From Acidobacteriota bacterium (GTDB taxonomy: Bacteria > Acidobacteriota > Blastocatellia > Chloracidobacteriales > Chloracidobacteriaceae), in the NCBI GenBank assembly GCA_016208495.1, contig JACQXX010000072.1, positions 1-64,000 of the forward strand: a DNA stretch of 64,000 nt, read 5' to 3'. Below are positions 46,990 through 56,596 of the stretch, one piece after another. Under the pieces are notes generated by a model. That model saw only the letters and a list, made by a program, of their open reading frames with translations, did not search any database and was not told where the DNA came from. Positions within the stretch are counted from its first letter, which is position 1. The number at the start of each line of letters is the position of its first letter. A program made the position numbers and the translations under genes.

Positions 46990-47300
46990 CAGTAGTCAGT
47001 AGTCAGTAATGCCCGTTAAGAGTTGAAGTGGTTTTTAGTTCTCATCCCGCAGGGATGGAGCAAAGTTAGCCGGTGGTCAGCGTCGCTTTGGACGCGCCAC
47101 CACCGGATGCGAGTCAGTTCCAGATTTTCCCCACCCGGCCAGCCGCCGCCGTAGGCGGCGGCTAGCCGGGTGGGGGTGAGAAGGCAATCTTTCCCAGGGT
47201 TAAAACCCTGGGCTACCTGCCTTCCGCCCAGTTCCTGGGCTCAAATCCGCTCTTTTTTCAACTCTTAATTCAGATTACTGACTACTGCCTACAAATTGGC
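46990..47300. repeat. Multi-hairpin element (at least 5 consecutive stem-loops) ending in a partial copy of the CTGACTA upstream element
   Basis: The hairpins are CTCATCCC-GCAG-GGATGGAG; CCGGTGGT...ACCACCGG; CCACCCGGCCAGCCGCCGCCGTAGGCGGCGGCTAGCCGGGTGGG; CCCAGGGTTAAAACCCTGGG; GCCCAGTTCCTGGGC. It is followed by ATTACTGACTACTGCCTACAAATTGGCATGAA. Confidence 0.7.
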
Positions 47301-47343
47301 ATGAATTTGGCACAACAAGACATTGAAAGAACGGGAGTTAAAT

Positions 47344-48009
47344 ATGATCCAGCTTGAAAATATTGAAAAAATCTATCGAACGGAAACGGTTGAAACCATG
47401 GCCCTGGCCAATATCAACCTGAATATCAACCAGGGGGAGTTCATCTCGATTATGGGGCCCTCCGGCTCGGGGAAAAGTACCTTGCTCAATGTGATGGGGC
47501 TTCTGGATGCCCCCTCGGGTGGGAAAGTAACGCTCAATGGGCGGTTTATTACGTCATATCGTGACCGCGATCTGGCATCAATGCGAAACGAGGAGATCGG
47601 CTTTATTTTCCAAACCTTCCATCTGATCAACGATTTAAGCGTGGTGGACAATGTCGAGTTGCCGCTGATTTACCGCAAAATGTCTGGGACCGAGCGCCGC
47701 CGGCAGGCCCTGGCTGCACTTGACCGGGTTGGATTGTCGGCGCGCACACATCATTTCCCTTCGCAGCTTTCTGGCGGTCAACAACAGCGCGTCGCCATTG
47801 CCCGCGCCATTGTCGGCAACCCAAAAATTCTGCTCGCCGATGAACCCACCGGAAACCTCGACAGCCAGATGGGTGATGAAGTGATGTCCATCCTCAAGCA
47901 ACTCAATAGTTTGGAAAAAACCACCGTCGTGATGGTCACTCACGATCAGCGACAGGCTGAAAAAACACAGCGCATCGTGCGTCTGTTTGATGGCCGTCAG
48001 GTATTTTAG
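47344..48009 (+). CDS. ABC transporter ATP-binding protein (MacB/LolD-type)
   Basis: It has Walker A GPSGSGKST, the signature LSGGQQQRVAIARA, Walker B LLADEPTGNLD and the H-loop. Confidence 0.9.
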   Translation: MIQLENIEKIYRTETVETMALANINLNINQGEFISIMGPSGSGKSTLLNVMGLLDAPSGGKVTLNGRFITSYRDRDLASMRNEEIGFIFQTFHLINDLSVVDNVELPLIYRKMSGTERRRQALAALDRVGLSARTHHFPSQLSGGQQQRVAIARAIVGNPKILLADEPTGNLDSQMGDEVMSILKQLNSLEKTTVVMVTHDQRQAEKTQRIVRLFDGRQVF

Positions 48010-48104
48010 GAATAGGGTTCAGGGTTCAGGGTTCAGGGGGCAAAAAGGTTCATTGTACTTCTGTCGGTCTTTTTGCCCCTTTTGTCTTTTAGAGGAAAAT
48101 CATC

Positions 48105-49343
48105 ATGCTCAAAAATTATATAAAAACCGCATTGAAAGTGCTGCTTCGGCGCAAGTTCTTTACTTTCATCAGCTTATTTGGAATTAGCTTTACGTTGATT
48201 GTACTGATGGTCATTACCGCAATGGTGGATTATCTGGTGGCGCCAATGGCGCCTGACACCAAAGCTGATCGAATACTGGGAATTTACTTTTCTCAGATGA
48301 CGGGCCCCGAAGCTCAATCCACCAGCCCTGCCGGGTACAAGCTCCTGGATAAGTATGCCCGGAATTTGCCGCACGTCGAATCCTTCTCGATTTGCACCAT
48401 GATGCAACAGGTCAATGGGTTTCCCAATGGCGATAAGGTTCAGGCGTTTCTCAAACGGACGGATGGGAACTACTGGCGAATTTTTGATTTTCAGTTTCTC
48501 GAAGGCGGACCGTTTCTCGACGAAGACAACCAGAACGCGAATTTTGTGGCCGTGATCAATGAGGCGACGCGGCAAAAGTTTTTTGGTAATACCACAGCGG
48601 TTGGGAAGACGATGGAACTCGACGGTCAGCGGTTTCGCGTGGTTGGGGTGGTCACCAATGTCCCAATTACCCGACTCATTCCTTTTTCTGATGTCTGGGT
48701 ACCGCTCACGACCGCCAAATCTGATAGTTATCGAAATGAACTGATGGGTGGTCACACCGGGGTGATTCTGGCTGAAAATGCCGCTGCCATTCCATTGATT
48801 AAAGCTGAATTTGATACCCGGATTCAGGCGGTTGAAATCCCAAACCCAAAACAATACACCGAATTTCTCAGCCGGGCGGAAACACTCTGGGAATTTGTTG
48901 CCCGAACCCTGACGGGGGACTATTCCTCCCGCGCCACCATGAAACTCCTGATGGCTGCCATGAGCTTTATGTTTCTGTTTATGTTGTTGCCGGCGATTAA
49001 CTTAATCAACATCACCGTCAGTCGCATATTAGAACGCTCAAGCGAGATTGGCGTTCGCAAAGCATTTGGTGCTTCGTCTATGACGCTCATTGGCCAGTTT
49101 GTGGTGGAAAACGTGATCCTGACCCTGGTGGGCGGAATGCTGGGGTTGGTTGGATCGTGGCTGGTATTGCGTGGTATTTCGGAAAGTGGGCTGATTCCCT
49201 ATGCCCAGTATCAAATCAACTGGCGGATTTTTCTGTATGGACTTGGGCTAGCGCTGGTCTTCGGCGTGGTTTCCGGGGTGTATCCAGCCTGGAAAATGTC
49301 ACGCCTGCATCCGGTTGAAGCGCTCAAGGGAGGTGTCCGATGA
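48105..49343 (+). CDS. ABC transporter permease, FtsX/MacB-type (with periplasmic MacB_PCD-like domain)
   Basis: It has an N-terminal TM, a ~220-aa periplasmic domain and a C-terminal 3-TM FtsX module with RKAFGAS. Confidence 0.85.
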   Translation: MLKNYIKTALKVLLRRKFFTFISLFGISFTLIVLMVITAMVDYLVAPMAPDTKADRILGIYFSQMTGPEAQSTSPAGYKLLDKYARNLPHVESFSICTMMQQVNGFPNGDKVQAFLKRTDGNYWRIFDFQFLEGGPFLDEDNQNANFVAVINEATRQKFFGNTTAVGKTMELDGQRFRVVGVVTNVPITRLIPFSDVWVPLTTAKSDSYRNELMGGHTGVILAENAAAIPLIKAEFDTRIQAVEIPNPKQYTEFLSRAETLWEFVARTLTGDYSSRATMKLLMAAMSFMFLFMLLPAINLINITVSRILERSSEIGVRKAFGASSMTLIGQFVVENVILTLVGGMLGLVGSWLVLRGISESGLIPYAQYQINWRIFLYGLGLALVFGVVSGVYPAWKMSRLHPVEALKGGVR

Positions 49344-50536
49344 TCAAACAACTTATGAAACTCACCTGGAACCGGAAACGGGCCAATCTGTTGATTTCAA
49401 TTGAGATATTCATTTCATTTTTGGTGTTGTTCGCTGTGGTGCTGATGGCTGGCGTGTATCTTTACAATTACCTGCAACCACTGGGGTTTGAATATGACAA
49501 CGTGTTATGTGTTTCGGTTTCCACCAAAAACCGTTCCCATGATGCGAAAAGTGATGCCGCCGAGCGAGAACTCTTTCATCAACTTCAGCTATCCGCCCAG
49601 TCACTTGGTGAAGTCGAAAGCGTGGCGCTCTCCAATGTTGATCCGTTTGGCAATAGCCAGAATGTCTCGGGTTTTGAACGCAACGGACGGGAAATTCAGT
49701 ACAGTTTGAGCCGGGTCACTGATGGGTACAAGGACGTGATGCGGCTGCAACTCATTGCCGGACGATGGTTTAACCGCGAAGACGATGGGTCGAAATTTCA
49801 GCCGGTCGTCATCAGCCAGCGTCTGGCGCGTGACGGATTTGGCACTGAAAATCCAATTGGGAAAGCGATTGAAAAACACAAAGACGGCACTGAATTGCGA
49901 GTGATTGGGATTTTCTCGGATTTTCGTCAGGACGGAGAGTTGTCTCCGCTGGAAAACTATGCTTTTTTCCGACAAGATGAAGCTAAAGAAGATGGCTTTC
50001 CGCTGACGATTTTTCTGATTCGCGTCCGGCCTGGAACTCCAAGGGCATTTGAAGAAAAACTCATCACTCAATTTCAATCGGTAGCCAAAGAATGGTCATT
50101 TGAGGCCCAATTTCTCGCCGATATGCGAGAGACAAAAATGAAAGTGTACCTTATCCCGCTGGCGGCAGCCGGCTCAATCGTGACGTTTTTAATGCTGATG
50201 GTGGCATTAGGGCTGATTGGCGTGTTATGGCAGAGCGTGACCCGGCGAACCCGCGAAATCGGGGTGCGCCGCGCCTTTGGTGCCACGGCTGGAAACGTCT
50301 ATCTGCAGATTTTGGGCGAACTCCTTGCTGTAACCACGGTTTCACTGGTGGCTGGAGTAGCGGTGGTTGGGCAATTGCCGCTGATTGACATTTTTGGGTT
50401 TATCCAAGGTAAAGTGTTTATTTACAGCTTGTTAGCATCAATTGTGATAATGTATGTTCTGACACTGATGTGCGGTCTGTATCCAAGCTGGATTGCCACG
50501 CGGGTCCATCCGTCACAGGCACTGCACTACGATTAA
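49340..50536 (+). CDS. Second FtsX/MacB-type ABC permease
   Basis: It has the same architecture, with the FtsX box RRAFGAT. Its ATG overlaps the upstream stop (ATGA). Confidence 0.85.
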   Translation: MIKQLMKLTWNRKRANLLISIEIFISFLVLFAVVLMAGVYLYNYLQPLGFEYDNVLCVSVSTKNRSHDAKSDAAERELFHQLQLSAQSLGEVESVALSNVDPFGNSQNVSGFERNGREIQYSLSRVTDGYKDVMRLQLIAGRWFNREDDGSKFQPVVISQRLARDGFGTENPIGKAIEKHKDGTELRVIGIFSDFRQDGELSPLENYAFFRQDEAKEDGFPLTIFLIRVRPGTPRAFEEKLITQFQSVAKEWSFEAQFLADMRETKMKVYLIPLAAAGSIVTFLMLMVALGLIGVLWQSVTRRTREIGVRRAFGATAGNVYLQILGELLAVTTVSLVAGVAVVGQLPLIDIFGFIQGKVFIYSLLASIVIMYVLTLMCGLYPSWIATRVHPSQALHYD

Positions 50537-50537
50537 A

Positions 50538-50609
50538 GTCAGTACCACCTGCGTAAGTGGGTGGGATTGTGTCTAAACGGACCCACCCGCTTACGCAGGT
50601 GGTACTGAC
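50538..50609. other. Near-perfect 28-bp inverted repeat (GTCAGTACCACCTGCGTAAGTGGGTGGG / CCCACCCGCTTACGCAGGTGGTACTGAC) with a ~16-nt loop
   Basis: Direct reading. There is one G/A difference (a G-U wobble if RNA). It lies 2 nt after the permease stop, with no T-tract after it. Confidence 0.8.
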
Positions 50610-50640
50610 TGTCCAAGCCCTCAGCCCTCAGCCCTAAAAT

Positions 50641-52011
50641 ATGATTCTCATTGTTGACGACGACCGTTCCATCACGACTTCGCTTGGGCTGTTGCTCAAA
50701 CAGGCCGGGTATCCCGCGCAAAGTGCGGCTTCACCGGCGGAGGCACTGGAACGTCTGGCACAACAGGAATATCAGCTTGTGATTCAGGATATGAACTTTT
50801 CCCGAAAAACAACCGGGGAAGAAGGGCTGGCGTTGCTGCGTGAAATCAAAAGCCGTCGTCCGGGGTTGCCGGTCATCTTGATCACTGCCTGGGGGTCAAT
50901 TCAGCTTGCGGTGGAAGGAATGCGCGCTGGCGCTGCCGATTTTTTAACCAAACCCTGGACCCATCAGCAGGTACTCCAGGCGGTAAAAACGGCACTTGGG
51001 TTGGCGGCGGTTTCGGTGCGAACTCTCGAACGGGTTCCAACCCGCGACGAGCTGGATGCCCAGTATGATTTTCACGACTTGATCGGACAGGATGCGAAAT
51101 TACTGCGCATTCTGGATCTGGTCGGACGGGTCAGTGCCACTGATGCTTCAGCCTTGATTACCGGCGAAAGCGGCACCGGCAAAGAACTGATTGCCGAAGC
51201 AATCCACCGCAACAGTCGGCGCCAAAATGCCGCCTTTGTGAAAGTCAATTTGGGTGGTATTGCCGCCAGTTTGTTTGAAAGCGAGATGTTTGGGCACGTT
51301 CGTGGGGCTTTTACCGATGCGCGAACTGATCGGAAAGGCCGCTTTGAAATGGCCAATGGCGGAACGATATTCCTTGATGAGATTGGAGATCTGGATCCAA
51401 ATTCGCAGGTGAAAATGCTGCGGGTGTTACAGGATCGAACCTATGAAGTGCTGGGTTCGAGCGTGACCCGCACGGTTGACGTGCGGGTCATTTCAGCCAC
51501 CAATCGAAACCTGCCGGAACTGGTCGAGACCGGGATTTTTCGGGAAGACTTGCTCTATCGGCTCAATTTGATTGCGATTCATTTGCCCTCATTACGCGAA
51601 CGACCTTCAGATATTCCGCTGCTGGCCCAGCATTTTGTCCAAAGTATGGCCCGTGTGTATCGTCGGAGTGAGCTTTCAATCAGTGATGCGGCCTTAAACT
51701 GGCTTCAAACTTTGAACTGGCCAGGAAATATCCGCCAGCTCAAGCAAGTGCTGGAGCGAACCATTTTGATTACCTCGAAAGACACGCTCGACGTCGAAGA
51801 TTTTGCCGTTCCGGTTCAAATGGAATCCAAAGAGAAGGGAAAAACCACGTTGCCCGAAGTCGGGTCAATGACGCTCGACGACATCGAAAAAGCCATGATT
51901 GTAAAGACCATCAAGCACCACGGCGGCAACCTGACCAAAGTCGCTGAGGCGCTTGGGTTAAGTCGTCCGGCGCTGTATCGAAGGCTTGAAAAGTTTGGGA
52001 TCCAGGTTTGA
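50641..52011 (+). CDS. Sigma-54-dependent response regulator (NtrC family: REC + AAA+ sigma-54 activator + HTH)
   Basis: It has the REC domain (DDD...K), GESGTGKELIAEAIH, the GAFTDA motif region and a C-terminal Fis-type HTH. Confidence 0.9.
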   Translation: MILIVDDDRSITTSLGLLLKQAGYPAQSAASPAEALERLAQQEYQLVIQDMNFSRKTTGEEGLALLREIKSRRPGLPVILITAWGSIQLAVEGMRAGAADFLTKPWTHQQVLQAVKTALGLAAVSVRTLERVPTRDELDAQYDFHDLIGQDAKLLRILDLVGRVSATDASALITGESGTGKELIAEAIHRNSRRQNAAFVKVNLGGIAASLFESEMFGHVRGAFTDARTDRKGRFEMANGGTIFLDEIGDLDPNSQVKMLRVLQDRTYEVLGSSVTRTVDVRVISATNRNLPELVETGIFREDLLYRLNLIAIHLPSLRERPSDIPLLAQHFVQSMARVYRRSELSISDAALNWLQTLNWPGNIRQLKQVLERTILITSKDTLDVEDFAVPVQMESKEKGKTTLPEVGSMTLDDIEKAMIVKTIKHHGGNLTKVAEALGLSRPALYRRLEKFGIQV

Positions 52012-52017
52012 AAAAAC

Positions 52018-52245
52018 AAGGGTTTCGGGTTTCGGGTTTCGGGTTTTCGAAGAGGGCGCGGTTCAAAGCAACAGCGCCCTTACTTTTTGTCACCTTGTCA
52101 CCTTGTCATTCTGTCACCTTGTCATATTCATATCCTTCAAAGAAATTGGACAGCGACAGATGATTTTCCTCTGTCGCTTTTTTGTCGTCAGGGTACACAA
52201 TGAACCCTGAACCCTGAACCCTGAACCCCGAACCCTAACTGCTTT
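52018..52245. repeat. Arrays (GGGTTTC)x4 ... (GTCACCTT)x4 ... unique ... (GAACCCT)x5
   Basis: Direct reading. Confidence 0.85.
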
Positions 52246-52246
52246 T

Positions 52247-53566
52247 ATGTCCCTTAGATTCAAATTTCTCCTCTATCTCATCATTGCGCATATGTTGTTT
52301 GCGGTGATTGGTGCGCGAGTTTTTTCAAAATATGGGTTATGGGTTTTTGCCGTGGAAGGGGTGTTTGTGATTTCCCTGGTGATTGGGCTGCGGCTGGTGG
52401 GAGAGTTATTCAACACCCTGAATTTGATTAGATCGGGTGCGCAATTCATTAAAGAACGAGACTTTACGACCAAAATTCGGGAGGTTGGACAGCCTGAACT
52501 CGATCAACTGGTGGCGGTCTATAACCGGATGATTGACTCGCTCAGGGAAGAGCGATTGCGGCTTCAGGAAAATAACTACTTTTTGGAAAAGGTGTTGTCG
52601 GCATCGCCTTCCGGGATTTTGACCCTCGACTTTGACAACCGGATCTCAATGGTCAATCCCGCCGCCGAGCGATTGTTGCAAGCCGAGAAATCAACCCTGG
52701 TTGGGCTGTCTCTGGAGGCAGTTGATTCGAGTTTTGCCAGAGAGCTTGGGGAATTGAAACCCGGAGAGGCACGTGTCATCCCCTATCTTGGCCGCCGAAA
52801 AGTGAAATGTCACAAGTCAGAGTTTATTGATCGAGGATTCCCGCGCCATTTCATTCTCATGGAGGAACTGACCGAAGAACTTCGTCAGACGGAAAAAGCC
52901 GCCTACGAAAAACTGATTCGGTTAATGAGCCATGAAGTCAATAACACGATTGGCGCGGCAAATTCGCTCCTCCATTCCTGTTTGAACTATCAAGATCAGC
53001 TCCGACCCGATGACCAGAAAGATTATGGAATGGCGCTCCAGGTGGTCATTGACCGAACCGATCAACTCAATGCTTTTATGCGGAGTTTTGCCGATGTGGT
53101 GCGGCTCTCACCACCAAAACGTGAATTGTGCGAAGTAAAAGTATTGTTGGAAACTGTCGCCCGGCTTCTCAAAGCCGAGTGCGACAGGCGCGGAATCGTG
53201 GTGAAATGTGAAATCGAAGATCAACCGGATCGGGTCAGCCTGGATCGTGGGCAAATCGAACAGGTACTGGTCAACCTGATGAAAAATGCAGTTGAGGCAA
53301 TAGGGGAAACCGGTCAGATTACGATTCGAACAGGCTACAACCTGGGTCGTCCGTTTGTGACGATTGAAGATACCGGCGCCGGATTTCCTCCCGAAGTGAA
53401 AGCCAATTTGTTTTCACCGTTTTTCAGCACGAAAGAGCATGGGCAGGGAATTGGACTCACGCTGGTTCAGGAAATTCTCGACAACCACGGGTTTGATTTT
53501 GCATTGGAAAGTGAACCGGGCAGTCCAACCCGATTCACTATTTTTCTGAGCCCGAAAGCACTTTAG
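52247..53566 (+). CDS. Sensor histidine kinase (2 TM + PAS-like + HisKA + HATPase_c), cognate to the upstream NtrC-like regulator
   Basis: It has the H-box MSHEVNNTIG, and N (NLMKNAVEA), G1 (DTGAGF) and G2 (GQGIGL) boxes. Confidence 0.85.
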   Translation: MSLRFKFLLYLIIAHMLFAVIGARVFSKYGLWVFAVEGVFVISLVIGLRLVGELFNTLNLIRSGAQFIKERDFTTKIREVGQPELDQLVAVYNRMIDSLREERLRLQENNYFLEKVLSASPSGILTLDFDNRISMVNPAAERLLQAEKSTLVGLSLEAVDSSFARELGELKPGEARVIPYLGRRKVKCHKSEFIDRGFPRHFILMEELTEELRQTEKAAYEKLIRLMSHEVNNTIGAANSLLHSCLNYQDQLRPDDQKDYGMALQVVIDRTDQLNAFMRSFADVVRLSPPKRELCEVKVLLETVARLLKAECDRRGIVVKCEIEDQPDRVSLDRGQIEQVLVNLMKNAVEAIGETGQITIRTGYNLGRPFVTIEDTGAGFPPEVKANLFSPFFSTKEHGQGIGLTLVQEILDNHGFDFALESEPGSPTRFTIFLSPKAL

Positions 53567-53690
53567 GGTTTGGGGTTCAGGGTTCAGGGTTCAGGGTTCA
53601 GGGTTTTCGAAAAATCACCTTGTCACCTTGTCACCTTGTCACTTTGTCACTTTGTCACTTTGTCACTTTGTCACCTGAAACCAGACTCCG
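53567..53690. repeat. (GGGTTCA)x5 followed by (CACCTTGT/CACTTTGT)x8
   Basis: Direct reading. Confidence 0.9.
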
Positions 53691-53917
53691 CTTGCCAAAG
53701 GGCGGCGAAATGCGTTAAACCTAAGTCTCGCTTTTTCTACACGCAAAAACCCTTTCAATTATCCTGTTCCCTGGCTGTTTTCAACTTTGTCGGTCTGACA
53801 GTAAACCCCAGCCCTGGTGTTTTTCTGGCGGATATGCACGCATCGAAGCGGTCAGGAAGTTCACCCCGACGTCTCAAACAAGCAGCATTTGACCTTTGAA
53901 TCTGGAGGACACCTCAC

Positions 53918-56416
53918 ATGGCGGCCAAAGACGCCCCCCCTCAATCCGGACATGCGCAGCCAATGCGTGCCAACCTGCAAGGTGCTCGCTTGCACCGGGC
54001 CAGTTTTATCGGCGCTAACCTCTCTGGAAGCAACCTGAGTCACGCTGATCTGACCGAAGCCAGGCTCATGAAAGCCAACCTGTCATCAACCAATCTGGCT
54101 GGAACGAATCTCACCCGGGCTGACCTTTCTGAAGCCCAATTTCATGCGGCGATTCTCTCTCAGGTTCAACTGACTGATGCGAATTTAAGTCATACCAATT
54201 TTGACGAAGCGAATCTTTCTGGAGCCGACTTGGCTGGGGCCAAATGTCCAACAGCCATTTTTAACCGGGCACAAATGGGAAAGATCAAGGCCAGTGGCGC
54301 CAATTTTGATCAGGCCCAGTTTGCCGGTACAGTCCTTGATCAGGCTGATTTGCAAGGGGCGAGGCTGACCCAGGCCAACCTGACCCAGGCATCGCTGGAA
54401 GGCGCCGATTGTCAACAGGCCAATTTGTCCGGAGCAAAGCTGGACGGGGCCGCGCTCGCCTATGCTCAGTTCAATCAAGCCAACCTGAGCCAGACCTCGT
54501 TGGTGGGTGCCAATTTGCACAAAGCCAACCTGTCTGAAGCCAATTTCGAAGGCGCTTTGCTCACTCAGGCACGGTTGGATGAAACAAATTTGACCCAGGC
54601 CACGCTGACCCAGGCGACGCTGGATGGCGCCAGTGCCAATCAGTCAATGTTGTCTGGCGCCAACCTGACCGGGGTTAAAGCGACTGGCGCTTCGCTGGTT
54701 GAAGCCATCTTGGAAGGCGCCAACCTGACTGGGGCCACCTTTTCTGAAGCGAACCTTTCAAAGGCGAATCTCAAAGACGTGAATTTGACGGGTGCCACTC
54801 TGGCACGAACCAACTTGACCGGAGCTGATCTGACGCGTGTCATTTTAGCCAATGCCCGGTTGCATTCCGCCAATCTGTCACAGGCCAATTTGCAACAGGT
54901 TCAGGCCGCTGGGGTTGATTTATCCGAGGGGATCCTCAATGAAGCCCAGGCCGCAGGGTCAGTTTTTGACCGTGCGATCATGATCAATGTGCAGGCGGCC
55001 AAAATCAATTTACAGGGCAGTTCACTCCAGCAAGCAAACCTGGAAAAAGTCAATTTTTCACAGGCCCAACTCGGCCAGGCCAATCTGGACGGTGCCAATC
55101 TCAATCAAGCCAATTTGGAAAAGGCACAGGCGCCAAATATTCACTGCACAAGCGCGAAAATGACGGATATGGTGGCCACCGGAGCTGATTTCAGCGGCGG
55201 CAATTTTGAAGGTGCCGACCTGTCAGGTGCTGAATTAGCTGAAATCAACGCTCAAAATGCCTGGATGGCCGAAGCGCAACTCATTTGTGCCAATCTGGCA
55301 GGTGCGAACCTGCAAAATGTGAACTTTGCCGGTGCCGATCTTTCTGGGTGTAGCTTGGTCGGTGCCAATCTGGCGGGTGCGAATTTATCGGGTGCTTCGT
55401 TGGAGAAAGCCGATTTAACTGATTCAAGTTTGGAAAATGCCATTTTGGCCGGAGCCAACCTGGAAGACGCCAATCTGTCTGGGGCCGATATGAACGGGGC
55501 TGATTTCTTTGGCGGGGACGCCACCTGGGAACCGCCACCTCCGCCACCGGCCCCACCGGTTGCTGAAATTCCACCTCCGATGGAGCTTCAGCCTGATGTC
55601 GAGACGGCTCCAACTTTAAGTGGTCAAGAACCGGTCATCCAGGCGGTTGTCGTCGAAGAGGCCCCACTTGATCTTGAACCACCCTCCCTTGAAGAAATGG
55701 AGGTTCAGGCTGTTGAGCCTGCCACTCGGGACATGCACGCTGAAATAAAGCCCGCGGAGCATACCGAACCCAACACCATTGATATTGAGACCAAGGTGAC
55801 TCAGGAAGTTGAAGGGGTTGAAATTGCCATTGACTCGACTTCACCAGTGGTGCCCGAAGCGACTGAAATTTCTTTGGAAAGCGGATTCCAGCCATCAGAA
55901 ACCGAACCGCCCCAACCATTGACCGAATCAGCCGAAACGGTTGAGGTGCGGCTGGTCGAACCAGCGGAAATTGACCTTGGTGCTGAGTTCCAACCCAATC
56001 CGCAACCAGTTGAAGCTCCTTCCCCAACCAAGACAATTCCGCTCAAAGGCGCCACCAATGTCCTGGGCAGCAGCCAGGAAATTGATGAGGAAGACATGAT
56101 TGAGGCGCAATTTGAGCGGATTCAAATGAAAACCACCCCGAAGATCTCCGGCGCCAACCGAAAATTTACCCAGGTTGACATGGATCCGGCGGAGGCAAAG
56201 AAGATTGCGGGTGATTTAATCCGAGTCCTGTTCCAGTCAAACCGTGGGCCAATTCTCGAAGGGCTGCGGCGAGGGACATTTAGCGACGCCATCAAAGCCG
56301 AAATCAGCAAAGCGAAAAAGGAGTATGAAAAGCGCGTTCCGCGTGCCTCTCGTCAGGACTTCTTTAAACAGGAATTGGAAGAACAACTCCGACACATGAA
56401 GGAATCTTCGAGATGA
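53918..56416 (+). CDS. Giant pentapeptide-repeat protein (~90-100 A(N/D)LSx units by eye) with Pro-rich linker, acidic region and a basic C-terminal domain
   Basis: Residues ~20-520 are an uninterrupted pentapeptide array (ANLSGANLSHADLTEARLMKANLSSTNLAGTNLTRADLSEAQF...). It is followed by PPPPPAPP. GGAGGA lies 8 nt upstream. Confidence 0.85.
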   Translation: MAAKDAPPQSGHAQPMRANLQGARLHRASFIGANLSGSNLSHADLTEARLMKANLSSTNLAGTNLTRADLSEAQFHAAILSQVQLTDANLSHTNFDEANLSGADLAGAKCPTAIFNRAQMGKIKASGANFDQAQFAGTVLDQADLQGARLTQANLTQASLEGADCQQANLSGAKLDGAALAYAQFNQANLSQTSLVGANLHKANLSEANFEGALLTQARLDETNLTQATLTQATLDGASANQSMLSGANLTGVKATGASLVEAILEGANLTGATFSEANLSKANLKDVNLTGATLARTNLTGADLTRVILANARLHSANLSQANLQQVQAAGVDLSEGILNEAQAAGSVFDRAIMINVQAAKINLQGSSLQQANLEKVNFSQAQLGQANLDGANLNQANLEKAQAPNIHCTSAKMTDMVATGADFSGGNFEGADLSGAELAEINAQNAWMAEAQLICANLAGANLQNVNFAGADLSGCSLVGANLAGANLSGASLEKADLTDSSLENAILAGANLEDANLSGADMNGADFFGGDATWEPPPPPPAPPVAEIPPPMELQPDVETAPTLSGQEPVIQAVVVEEAPLDLEPPSLEEMEVQAVEPATRDMHAEIKPAEHTEPNTIDIETKVTQEVEGVEIAIDSTSPVVPEATEISLESGFQPSETEPPQPLTESAETVEVRLVEPAEIDLGAEFQPNPQPVEAPSPTKTIPLKGATNVLGSSQEIDEEDMIEAQFERIQMKTTPKISGANRKFTQVDMDPAEAKKIAGDLIRVLFQSNRGPILEGLRRGTFSDAIKAEISKAKKEYEKRVPRASRQDFFKQELEEQLRHMKESSR

Positions 56417-56439
56417 ATTGAGGCCCGGGGACCGAAGAA

Positions 56440-56560
56440 AGCGGTCATATTAGAAAATAGTCAAGTTATTGAACCCAGTGAAGGTAGTGAACCATTGACC
56501 ACTGACCACTGACCACTGACTACTGACTACTGACTACTGACTACAAGCTGGCATAACAGA
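56440..56560 (+). promoter_or_regulatory. Conserved gene-upstream element, copy C (AAAGCGGTCATATTAGAAAATAGTCAAGTTATTGAA...(CTGACCA)x3(CTGACTA)x4 CAAGCTGGCATAAC)
   Basis: It aligns with copies A and B. The heptamer array here is 7 units, including CTGACCA variants. Confidence 0.5.
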
Positions 56561-56596
56561 TTTCCACCCAAAGCCTGATACCAAACGAGGAAACCC

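Noticed and set aside
54185-55613. Several 80-130-aa minus-strand ORFs inside the pentapeptide-repeat gene
   Set aside because: These are antisense artefacts of the highly repetitive GCCAA(T/C)CTG codon pattern.
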